Positions 1 through 12,561 of a stretch of 64,000 nt of DNA are shown one piece after another (positions within the stretch are counted from its first letter, which is position 1; each line of letters opens with the position of its first letter). The notes below the pieces were generated by a model. It worked only from the letters and a program-made list of their open reading frames with translations. It did no database searches and had not been told where the DNA came from. Origin of the DNA: the human T2T-CHM13v2.0 reference genome, Homo sapiens; NCBI RefSeq assembly GCF_009914755.1, contig NC_060935.1, one strand, 5' to 3'. Made by a program: the position numbers and the translations under genes.

Positions 1-2506
1 GCAAACTGAGAGATTTGCCTTCTTCTGTCATAGATTGACATCAGAAGTGGACACTTTCTGTATCTAAGTTGTTAGTTCTCAAAATTCTCTGTATATGCTG
101 GCTGAAAATAAAGGCAAAATCAAGTCACATCGCAAAAGCATTATCTTAGATGTATATGGATCTTTCTAATTTATAAGAACTCTAAATTCTCAGTGTGCCC
201 ACTAGAATTCAGTATGACTGGTGTTTAAAAACTGTGCATATCCATCTCCATTTTCTGTGTCTGCAAAATTCCTGCATTTCAAGTCTCATTTCCTATCAAG
301 ATCCCATACCTAACTCACTCACTTTCTTAAGTGAATCACTGCTCCCAATCCTTTCTTAAAAGGTTGTGTTCATGACATAACTGTTGTGAGACTTCTTTTA
401 GAAATTAATTTTAATTTTGCTTGTTGTGGTCTATCCAAAGAGATTTTGCTCATGAATATCCTCATTTGAAAAATCTTACAAAAGTGCTCAATTGTAAGGG
501 AAACCATGAATAAGGCAATTTTCTACTGTCCTCTGCAAACCACTTTGGGCCTAGGAGTGTTACACTTTTTTAAAAATCATATCACTGTCCAAAATATGTT
601 GTAGATCTTGTGAATTCTAAGTGTTCAAAGATATTTCCATAGCAGAGAACACTAAGCAGGGAACACTTCCAAATGGCAGCTGCCTAATTTCTATTTTTAT
701 ATATAAGTGAAACAATACAGCACTCCCCCTCACCAAAAAAAAAAAGGTTGAGTTGAAGAGAGCAATGACCCAAAGATACCAGAAGTCCAACAAAACTGAT
801 AAAGTGCTCTAATTGACACAAGGTGCCTAAACGTTTATGTTAGTATTAACCTCTTAGCATAAAACCTCAGCTCTGCAAATGTCACTGCTTTCTAAGGTTC
901 AGGAAAGTTCAACACACAAAAAAAGTAGATTGTGTTTTAGAAATAAAAGGCATCATAAATTACCTATGATTGAAGAACCTTTTTCTCTGTCTTGAAAATT
1001 GCTGAAGCTCCTCCCTTCAAGGAACTGCAGTTGGCTTCCTGTCCTTCACTTGATCTGATGTTAATTATATACCTGTCAGCCTACCTACTCTATTTAGAAA
1101 GCAAGTTGCACATTTTTCCAACAACCCACCACTTAGTTCTCTTCCAATTTTTAAATAGTGCTGACTGGTACTTTTTAATTAAGATTTGACAGTTGAAATT
1201 TGCATTCCAAAAGCTCATTGAATTTTATGGAATTAGCTTGCCTATTTTATCCTACACACACACCCCACAGTAATTTCTAGGCCATTTTTTTCAACATATA
1301 AACAAGCTTTCCTTTTTCTGGGTTTCAATAGCATAAATTCTGTAGACTGTAGAAAATTTCACTTTTAAACTATTGTAAATTAGCATTTGCCATTTGATGT
1401 TCTGTTAATGTAGTGTAATTTGGCATGGCAGGGAATTTGTGTAACTGTTAAAACATTCTTCCCTATTCATTATTAATTTATATTAACTACAAGCAAAGGA
1501 ATTCACTGGAGCTTACTGGACTTTAATCTCATAACTCTGTGGCTGATGCTGAGATTTTGGTACGTTTAAGTGATAGAAACTACATAAGTAGAGTGTTAAA
1601 TTTTTGGTTCACAGAAGAAAAACCTAGTTCAGCACAAAATTATATTAGTGTCCACTTGTTATTACTAGCCACAGTCATATTTTTAAATAACATGTATCCC
1701 AGACAGAAGCTTATTTATGAACATAAATGAGCTTATTTTCTAAATAGTTTAGCAGCATATAAAATGAACATCAACTAGCAAATATATTACTTACCTGTTA
1801 TGTGGATAGTAAAAATGACTTTCCAAACCTACAGGATTAAAAATATGTTAAGTTATATAGAAAAATATTATGTTATATATACAAAATACTGCAATGCTAC
1901 ATATGACAGAATTAAATATATTTTGGGGGGAATGCATTTGTGTTATTTACGTAAAAGGAGAGTTATCTCTAAATTGTATATAAACATATAGTTCTACTTA
2001 TGACTTAAAGAAAGTGAATTAAAATCACTAAGCTGTTAGTCAAACAGATTTTGCAAATCATGATGGAGTGGATTTATCTCAAATCACAGAAATTTTTTTT
2101 TTGCCCCAATCTACCAGATTCCAGTAATGGTAGGAAGACTGGATTTGTATAGAAAAAGAAATTTTGTTTTCTAAATCAACTTTATTTATATCAGGTGAAA
2201 TTATTCAATACAGGTCAAAATATTGTTCCTAATATGCAAACTTGACATCAAGACAAATATCTTAGGTGTGCCATTCCAACATAATTATCAAACATAAACA
2301 CATTCTACATGAAATTCTGAAGATGTTATTGAACAATAAAATTTTCCTAGAGCATTTTGAGCAGATTTAGAGTCTACATAACATAATATTCAAAATGTCC
2401 AGAATACATTACAAAAATTTTTACATACAAAGAACCAGAAACACCTCAAGCTAAAATGCAATCAACAGATGGTAGCCTTGAGAAAATGTTAATGGTGAAT
2501 TATCAA

Positions 2507-3995
2507 TGTATTAGTCTATTAGGGATGCCATAGGAAAATACTAAAGACTGGGTGTTATAAATAACATGATATATTTTTTTAAAGTTCTGGAGGCTAGAAA
2601 TCTAAGACCAAAGAATCAAAGTTGTTGAATAGTGAGGCTTCTCTTGCTATCTTATAGGTGGCTGCCTTTTTGCTATGTCCTCATGACACAGGATTTTTTG
2701 GTGCTGTTTTGCCAGCTGGAGACCTAGGTGGCCAGCAATGCCCTTGCCTGGGCCTTGCTCAGCTCTGGGCCCCCAGCTGGAAGCACTCTGCCCACTTAGC
2801 CTGAATCACTCCACTTGGCTTGCACTCTGGCCCATATCTCATGCTTGCTGCAGGATCCATGCTCAGCCTGCAGCTGGGCTGGTCATGTCATGTCCTGCTT
2901 CTGCCTTCGGCACCAGTGGCTGGACAAGGTGAATGCGATGGTGCCTGAAAAACTCAGAGATACCAGTGATCCCAAAGCCCAAAATGGGTGCTACAGGATG
3001 ATATAGCTTTAGTTTGGGGAGCCCTGAGGTCTACGACCCCAGAAGGTTCAAAGCTCCCTTCTTTTTCCTGCCACTAGCAGAATGGTGAATGGGGGATGGG
3101 GGCCATGTTTCAGCCCATTTGTTTTACAGTGCATTCATTCCCTCTGCCCTGCTCTGGCCAATGGCTCCAGTGCTGGCTCAGCCTCACTGCTACTTCCTGT
3201 CCCATGGGGCAGCTGCCTGGCACCAGCGGAGGGTGGAGAGCTACAGTGTTACAGCCTTTTTTGTACCTGAGTTCTGTGGGTCCTGAGTACTTGTCCCACG
3301 TCCAAGGAGAATGAGGTTACTGACAACCGAAGGGTGAGCAGGGTGGAGAGTTCTATTGAGTGACAGCTCTTAGTGGAGAGGAGACCCATAGGGGATAACC
3401 CACTACCCAAAGTTAAGTAGCTCTCAAAATGTAGCTGAAATAGGGGCTTTTATGTGCTCAGAATGAGGGAGTGCATGCTAATTGGTTTTTGAGTATGCAA
3501 AAAAGGCTAAAAAACATACCACTCAAAGATGGGCACAACAGTGTAAAAAAACAATTAGGGAAGGATAAGTATGTATAAAATAGGTGAAGGGTGGGGATCA
3601 ATCAGAGGAAAGTGTGCCAAACAGGAAGAGAGGTTCTCAATCTGATCAATGGATTTATGTGAGATTTGTAGCTTGATTTTCAGGCCTTAAACTGTCTTTG
3701 ATATGAAGGTATGGTTTCACTGGGGACTCATCCCTGTCTGCATAGGGTTTGTCTGCCTCCTGCCTCTATCACAAACATGGCCTTTCTTCTGTGTGCACAC
3801 AGAGAGATAGATATCTCTGATGGCTCCTCCTTTTCTCATAAAGACACTAGTCATTTTAGACTAGGGACCCACAATTATAACCATTTATTTTCCTCCTTAA
3901 TTGCTTCCCTAAAGGCCTTATCTCCAAATACAGTCAAAAAGGGGGTTAGGATTTCAACATATGAAGTTTATGGGGAGACAGTTCAGTCTATAATA
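2507..3995 (-). mobile_element. MLT1A-type MaLR solo LTR, split by a MER52-type LTR
   Basis: Starts tgtattagtc and ends gttcagtctataata. Perfect 5-bp TSD atcaa (2502-2506 / 3996-4000). The MLT1 motif tgtcctca|catggcctttc is interrupted at 2683/3772. Confidence 0.85.
2684..3771 (-). mobile_element. MER52-family (ERV1) solo LTR
   Basis: TG...CA termini (tgacacagg...cctctatca), GC-rich body resembling the MER52 consensus in reverse. Degenerate 4-bp TSD (ctca/caaa). Confidence 0.75.
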
Positions 3996-4371
3996 ATCAA
4001 GCAAAAGCCTTAAAACAGCTATAAAGACTATGCATCATGAAGTAAAGGTAAACATGCTGGAAATAATTGGGAAAACATGTTAAAAAGTATAATTTATAAA
4101 ATTTAAAAACTCACAGGCAAAGTTTAAATGATAAAATAGAAATGACAAAAAAATCTGTCAAATTGAAAGTAGATCGAGATTTTCCCAAACTAAAGAATAT
4201 GAAAAAAATTTAAAATGAATAAATAAAGCTAAAGAATTGTGACATTTTTGTCATTAATGTCTCAGAGTGAGAGAAAAATTTGGTATAATATAAAATTTTG
4301 AAAAAAAAATGGTTGAAAGCTTCTCAAACTTACTGAGATTTAAAATTTTAAGAAGCTCAAAACATACAAAA

Positions 4372-4413
4372 CAAAATAAAATCAAAATAAAATCAAAATA
4401 AAATCAAAGTAAA
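4372..4413 (+). repeat. Short tandem repeat, 11-bp unit (caaaataaaat) x ~4
   Basis: Visible directly: caaaataaaat caaaataaaat caaaataaaat caaagtaaa. Confidence 0.85.
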
Positions 4414-7271
4414 GCACTACAGAAAACTGACACGCTACATATTGGGAAAACAATTTTAGTACTATGTATTTTTCACACAAAATCCAAAAGTTTCAGAACA
4501 ATAGTATCTTCAAAGGGCTTATATATAAAAAAAGAAAGTGTCAACCCAGAATTCTATATCTAGAGAAAATATTCTTTCAGAATGAAGGAAAAATGAAGAC
4601 ATCTTTAGACAAAAGAAAATTAAGAAAATATGTAGTCAGCAGTCTTGTTCTAGAAAAAATGCTGAAAAAGCTTTTTCATGATGAAGAAAAATGATACAAG
4701 AGAAAACATGGAATACCAAGAAAAAAAGAAGAGCAAGAAACATGCTAAATATCTGAAAAAATATCAAGGTCTCTCTTTCTCTTCTTATTTAAAATGTACA
4801 TGAATTCAGAATGTATACATGGTAACATTTTCTGGTAACATTTTCAAGGTATGTAAATGCAATACATATGATAATTTTTAGCATAGGAGGCAGAAAATGT
4901 ATAAAGAGGCCTGTAGGATTCTAAGTTAAACTATATTTTACTGATAACATTGATAAAGTATTACCTCTAAATAGAATGTAGAAATATGAATATACATATT
5001 GTAATCCTTACATCAATGATAAAAGAAATAAAAAAGTCCAAAACCTAATGTTAGTACTACAAATATTCAAATAATCTAACAAGTCATTAAAGCAGAACAA
5101 CTAAAATCAGAGGAGGGGAATAAAAAAATAAAAATTTTAATTATATCAATAATTAAATTAAATATTTTAAGTAAAACAATTAAAATAGAGATGGTAGGTT
5201 GGATTAAATTAATATATATCTATCTATAAACCTATTTTAATATAGGGGTAAATTAAAAGAATGAAAAAATATAACATGAAAACAATAATCCAAAGACAGT
5301 TGAAGTGGCTAAATTATTATCAGATAAAGTAGACTTCATAAGAAAGATGATTACCAGAAAGAGAGTTATGTTGTATAATAATAACAGATTAAATTCAACA
5401 AGAAGACCTACCAGTCATAAGTGTGTATATATCTAGCATCAGAACTTCAGAATTTGTGATACAAGAAAACAGTAGAACTCAAAGGAGAAACAGACAAATA
5501 CACATAGTTGAAGGCTTCATCACTCCTTTTAGTAACAGACAGTTCATGTAGAAAGAACATCAACAAAGATAAAAACACATGAACAGAACTTCCAGCCACC
5601 TTGACTTAATTAATATTTGTAGAACAATCCATCCACAGAATATACTTTTTTCTCAAATGCATCTGGAATATTGACCAACATAGACAACATTCTGGGTCAT
5701 AAAACAAACCTTAGCAAATTTAAATACATTTAAATTATGGAAAATATCTTCTCTGACTATGATATAATTTAATTAGAAATCAATAAAATAAAGATATCTA
5801 AGGATTTTCCAATATTTGAACATTAAAACACACGCTTCTAAAAATCTCATGTGTCAGAGGGTTTTTCAAATGATATTAGAAAATATTTTGAACTGAATGA
5901 TAATAGAACATATCAACATTTATGAGGTGAAGCTCAAACAGTACTTAAAGGAATATTTACAGCATTAACTGCTTATGTTAGTAAAAAAAGAAAAGTCTCA
6001 AATCAACAATCTAGGCTTAAAAGCTAGCAGACAAGTAACTCGAATAAAGCAGAGAGAGAGAAATAAGGAACAGAAATCAATTAAATTTGAAACTAAAAAA
6101 ATTATAGAGAAAATCAATGAAACAAAACAGTTTATTTTAAGATTTATAAAATTCATAAACCTCTAACCAGCAAAGAAAAAAAGAGAGGACACCAATTACA
6201 AATTTTAGGAACAAAATAGAGGATATCAGTACAGACCTTACAGACATGACAAAGATGATAGAGGAATTTTATGCCCATAAATTCTATGTCCATAAATTTA
6301 ATATAGATGACATGGACCAATTTCTTGAAAGATACAAGCTATGAAAATTCACTCAAAAATTAATAGTCTGGATAATCTTGTACTTATTAAATAAATTACA
6401 TCCATACTTAAAATATTTTATCAAAGAAAACTCCAGGCCCAGATTATTTTATTTGTAAATTCTACCAAATTTTTAAGTAAGAAATAACACCAATTATGCC
6501 TACACTATTCCGGAAAATAGAAAAGGATCATATAATTTCCAACCTATTTTATAAATCCAGTATTTTCTTTCCACTAATGTCAAATACATTACAAGAAAAG
6601 GACAGCAATGACAGATCCACATCCTTCATGAGTATAAACATATATCTTCTCAAGTTAATATTAGTAAATCAATCTAGCAATATAAAAAGGTTAATGTTTG
6701 GATCAAATGAAGTTTTCTCAGGAAGAAAAGGCTGTTTAAAAATTCAAAACCTATCAATGTAATTTACTATATGAACCAATTAAATATATATATGATCATC
6801 TCATTATGCATAAATATGATTTAACAAAATTCAACATTCATTCATGATTTAAAAACCACTCAGTAAACTAAGAATGAAGAGAATTTCTTTAATCTTATAA
6901 AACATATCTCATAAAATACAACAGGTTATAGCTAGCATGACATTTAATAGTTAAATGCTGAATGTTATTCCCTTAAGACTGAGAAAAGGCAAGAATATAA
7001 TTTTTCACAGCTCCTACTCAACATGACAAGAAAAAGAATTAAAATTCATAGAGGCTAGACAGAAATAAATAAAACTCTCTTTATTTGTAGAAGACATGTC
7101 TATCTACACAGAAAATCCCATGGAATCTACTGAAAATACTCATAGAATTAGTATACCTAAGTTGCAAGATACATGATCAATATAGAAAAACTATTTTCCT
7201 ATATACTATAATAAACAATTGGAAACTGAAATATGGAAAGCCTACTATTTAAAGCAGCATCAAAAGCATTA

Positions 7272-7735
<464 letters not shown>

Positions 7736-7745
7736 AATCTCTTGG

Positions 7746-8282
7746 CTTCTTCAGAGAAACAAGACTAATAAAATACACACAGAGACACACATAAACACAC
7801 ATACATATATACACACATGTGTGTATACACCCACACATATATATACCTATACATATATACACACACATATATATACATACACACACATACATATATATAT
7901 ATATATATGAGAGAGAGCGAGGCAGAGAGGCAGAGAGAGAGTGATGTTAAGGAATTAGTTCATGCAATTATGGAAGCTGGCAAGTCCAAAACCTCCATGG
8001 TGGGCCAGCAGGGAAGAGAGATTGTTGTGGTTCAAGCCCTTAGGTTATCTGCTGGCAGACTTCCTTCTTCCTTTGTAGAGATTATACTTTTATGCTATTC
8101 AGGCCTTCAACTGATTGAATGAGGCCTACACACATTATGTAAAACAATCTGCTTCATTGAAAGTCCACTAATTTAAATGTTAATCTTACCTAAAAACAGC
8201 TTCAAAGAAACTTTCAGAATAATGATATACCAAACATCTGGGTCCCATAACCCATCCAATTGACATATAAAATAAACTATCA
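7746..8282 (-). mobile_element. MLT2 (ERVL) solo LTR containing a (CA/TA)n-(GA)n microsatellite
   Basis: Contains cttcagagaaac...aggaattagttcatgcaattatggaagctggcaagtcc...caggccttcaactgattgaatgaggcctacacacatt...tgacatataaaataaactatca. Microsatellite ~7773-7940. Confidence 0.85.
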
Positions 8283-8611
8283 TGTCTCCCAAACTACTCT
8301 ACAGATTTAATACAATCTTAATCATTTTCCCAGTAGCTTTTTAAATCACAAGATTGTTGTAAAATTTACATGGGATCAAAGAACCTACATTACTCAAAAT
8401 AAGTTTGAAAACAAAGTTATTTTGGAGGATATGTTACATCATCTAAAGATTTAATGTAAATCTACATATTAATTTGGACAATGTAGTATTTGCAAAAGGA
8501 TAAATACATATTTCAATGAGTCATAATAGAGTTCACCAATAGAACCACATAAATGCAAGTCATTGAGTTTTAATAAAGGAGCAAAAGCAATTCAATGGAG
8601 AAAGAAGAATC

Positions 8612-8909
8612 TTTCTTTTTTTTTTTTTTGAGACGGAGTCTCGCTGTCGCCCAGGCTGGAGTGCAGTGGTGCGATCTCGGCTCACTGCAGGCTCCGCCCC
8701 CTGGGGTTCACGCCATTCCCCTGCCTCAGCCCCCGGAGTAGCTTGGACTACAGGCGCCCGCTACCTCACCCAGCTAATTTTATGTATTTTTAGTAGAAAC
8801 GGGGTTTCACTGTGTTAACCAGGATGGTCTCGATCTCCTGACCTCGTGATCCACCCGCCTCGGCCTCCCAAAGTGCTGGGATTACAGGCGTGAGCCACCG
8901 CACCGGGCC
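8612..8909 (-). mobile_element. Young Alu, AluYe5-like
   Basis: CpG-rich, with the recalled Ye diagnostics ctcgctgtcgccc (2-bp deletion), gcaggctccgccccctgggg and acctc. TSD gaaagaaga(a/g)tctt (from 8600 / from 8910). Confidence 0.9.
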
Positions 8910-9455
8910 GAAAGAAGAGTCTTTTCATCAAATTGTACTGGAGCAATTTGACGGCAACATGCAAAAGAAGGAGAAGAAGAAAAAAAACTAGAAAAATCCA
9001 TACTTCCTACCTTACACAAAAATTTAACCCCAAATTGATTATAGATCTATGTGTAAAACCTAAAAATTTCTAATGTCTCAAATAAAATATAAGATAAAAT
9101 ATCTGTGACTTCATGTAGAACAAATATTTCTTAGATATAACACCAAAATCATAATCCATAAGAGAAAAAAAGTATATAAATTGGACTTCATCAAAATTAA
9201 AAAGTACTTCATAAAATCATAGTTAAGAGAATGAAAACGGAAAGGGAAGGCCACAAAATATGAGAAAATATTTGTAAAACATACATCGGACAAAGGACTT
9301 TTTACCAGAATATACAAAAAGTACTTAAAACTCAATAATAAAAAGAAAACAAATTTAAAGATAAAGATTTGAACATAAACATCAAAGAAAATATATGGAT
9401 GGCAAATAAACACATAAAAAGACATTCAATATAGTCATTAAAGAAAAGCAAATTA

Positions 9456-9827
9456 CAGACATGCGTCACTTAATGACAGTGTTATGTTCTAAGAAATGCC
9501 CTGTTGAATGATTTTGTCATTTTGTAAACATCATAGACTATGATTACACAAACCTAGATGGTGTAGCCTACTACAAACCTATGCAACGTGGTATACTCTA
9601 TTGCTTCTAGGCTACAAACCTGTACAGCATATCATTATACTGAATATTATAAGCAATGGTAATACAATAGTGTTTGTGTATCTAAAAATAAAAAGGTGCA
9701 GTAAATATGTGGTATTACAATCTTATAATGCCATTTACCACCGGTAAGTGATTTCACTTACATATGGCATCACCATTATGTAAGTGGTTCATCATTGACT
9801 GAAATGTTGTTATGCTGTGCGTGATTG
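9456..9827. mobile_element. Tigger3a/MER7A-type non-autonomous DNA transposon
   Basis: TIR-like ends cagacatgcgtcacttaatgac ... gttgttatgctgtgcgtgattg. TA dinucleotide on both sides (9454-55, 9828-29). Confidence 0.85.
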
Positions 9828-10018
9828 TACATCCATAAGGATATGCCAATAAAACCTATTAGAATGAATAATATTAAAGAAAAAAATAACTCGACAAAAC
9901 TAAGTGCTAGGAAGGAATCTCCCCTACTGGTGCAAATGCAAAATGCTACAGGCACATAAGAAAATAGTTTGTCCTGTTGGACTAATCCTTATATCATTAT
10001 ATAATGTTCCTCTCTGTC

Positions 10019-10311
10019 TTTTTTTTGAGACGGAGTCTCCCTCTCGCCCAGTGGCTGGAGTGCAGTGCCTCAATCTCGGCTCACTGCAAGCTCCACCTCC
10101 CGGATTCACGCCATTCTCCTGCCTCAGCCTCTTGAGTAGCTGGGACTACAGGCACCCACCACCACTCCCGGCTAATTTTTTGTATTTTTTTTTAGTAGAG
10201 ACGGGGTTTCACCGTGTTAGCCAAGATGGTCTGGATCTCCTGACCTCGTGATCTGCCCACCTCGGCCTCCCAAAGTGCTGGGATTACAGGCGTGAGCAAC
10301 TGCACCTGGCC
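10019..10311 (-). mobile_element. Alu (AluY/Sc class) inside the inverted L1PB segment
   Basis: Full Alu. TSD cctctctgtctt on both sides. Confidence 0.93.
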
Positions 10312-10563
10312 CCTCTCTGTCTTTTTTAACTGTTGTTGCTTTAGAGTCTGTTTTGTCTGATATAAGAGTAGCAACTCCTGCTCTCTTTTGGTTTCTCCAA
10401 AAGGAGCCCTCAAAACTATACAAACACATGGAAATTAAATAATCTGCTCCAGAATTATCCTTGGGGCAGAAATGAACTCAAGATAGAAATTAAAAAAATA
10501 TTTGAACTGAAAGATAATGGTGACACAACCGATCAAAATCTCTTGGATACAGCCAAATAGGTG

Positions 10564-10927
10564 TGTATTAGTCTGTCTCACGCTGCTAATAAAGACATAC
10601 CCAAGACTGGATAATTTATAAAAGAAAGAGGTTTAATAAACTCACAGTTCCACATGGCTTGGGAGGCCTCACAATCATGGTGGAAGACAAAGGAAGAGCA
10701 AAGGGACATCTTGCATGATGTCAAGCAAGAGAGCTGTGCAGGGGAGCTCCCATTTATTAAACCATCAGATCTCAAGAGACTTATTCACCATCACAAGAAG
10801 AGCAAGGAAAAGACCCGCCCCCATGATTCAATTGCCTTTCACCTGGCCCCTCCCACGACATATGGGGATTATGAGAACTACAATTCAGTATGAGATTTGG
10901 GTGGGGACACAAAGCCTAACCACATTA
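10564..10927 (-). mobile_element. THE1 (MaLR) solo LTR
   Basis: Runs tgtattagtctg...gctaataaagacatacccaagactgg...gagatttgggtggggacac. Perfect TSD aggtg (10559-63 / 10928-32). Confidence 0.93.
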
Positions 10928-11721
10928 AGGTGCTAAGAGGAAAGTTCATAGCATTAAACACCTACAACCAAAAGTCTGAAAGAGTACAAATAGACAATCT
11001 AAGGTCACACCTCACAGAACTAGAGAAACAAAACAAACCAAAACCCAGCAGAAGAAAAGAAATAACAAAGATCAGAGCAGAACTAAATGAAATTGGAACA
11101 AACAAATATATAAAAAATAAATAAAACAAAAAGCTGGTTCTTTGAAATGATAAGCAAAATCGATAGACCTTCAGCAAGATTAACCAAGAAAAGAAGAGAA
11201 AGATACAAATAAGCTCAATTTAAAATAAAACGGGAGATATTGCAACCGATACCACAGGAATACAAAAGATAATTCAAGGCTACTGTGAACACCTTTATGT
11301 GCATTAACTAGAAAACCTACAGGAGATGGAAAAATTCCTGGAAATATACAACCCTCATAGGTTAAATCAGGAAGAAATAGAAACTCTGAACAGACCAATA
11401 ACAAGTGGCAAAATTAAAACAGTAATAAAAAAATGCCAAAATAAAAAAGTCCAGAACCAGATGGATTCAGAATTGAATTCTATCAGACATTCAAAGAAGA
11501 ATTGGTCTCATCCTACTGAAACTATTCCAAAAGATAGAGAAAGAGGGAATCTTCCCTAAATAATTTTATGAAACCAGTATTACCCTAATACCAAAACCAG
11601 GAAAGAACATAAAAAAGAAAACTACAGAACAATATCCCTGGTAAACATAGATGCAAAAATCAACAAACTACTAGCTAATCAAATCCAACAGCATATCAAA
11701 AAGATAATCCACCATAACCAA

Positions 11722-12561
11722 GTGGGTTTCATACCAGGAATGCAGGGATGGTTTAACATACACAAGTCAATAAATATTATACACCACATAAACAGAGGTA
11801 AAAACAAAAACTATATGATCATTTCAATAGATGCAGTAGAAGCATTTGACAAAATCCAGCATCTCTTTATAATTAAAACCCTCAGCAAAATAGGCAGAGA
11901 TGGGACATACCTTAAGATAATAAGAGCCATCTATGACAAACCCACAGAAAACATTACACTGAATGGGGAAAAATTGAAAGTATTTCCCCTGAGAACTGGA
12001 ATGAGACTAGCATGCCCACTTTTAACATTTCTATTCAGTATAGTACTGGAAGTCCTAGCCAAAGCAATCAGACAAAAGAAAGAAATAAAGGGCTTCCAAA
12101 TTGATAAAGTGGAAGTCAAACTGTTGCTGTTTGTGAATGATATGATTGTATACCTTCAAAATACTAAAGACTCATCTAAAAAGCTCCTAGATCTGATAAA
12201 TGAATTCATTGAAGTTTCAGGATACAGAATCAATGTAAACAACTCAGTAGCACTGTTATACACCAACAGCCACCAAGCTGAGAAACAAATCAAGAATACA
12301 ACCTCTTTTAAAACAGTTGCAAAAAAAATATTTAGAAATATACCTAACCAAAGAGGTGAAAGATCTGTACAAGGAAAACTACAAAACACTGCTGACAGAA
12401 ATCATAGACAACACAAACAAATGGAAAACATTCTGTGCTCATGGATAGATGGAATCAATATTGTGAAAATGATCATACTGCCAAAAGCAATCTGTAAATT
12501 CATGCAATTCCCATCAAAATACCATCACCATCCTTCACAGCATGAGAAACAAAAATCCTAA
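11722..12561 (+). pseudogene. Defective L1 ORF2 reverse-transcriptase fragment
   Basis: Motifs [27 protein letters not shown] and PLRTGMR are present. The catalytic FADD is mutated to FVND and the frame shifts afterwards. Confidence 0.9.

Noticed and set aside
2738-3314. Cluster of overlapping short ORFs
   Set aside because: All lie within the GC-rich MER52 LTR.
11722-12561. 279-aa ORF as an active reverse transcriptase or novel RT system
   Set aside because: It is a fragment of decayed L1PB ORF2 with a mutated catalytic motif and flanking stops and frameshifts.
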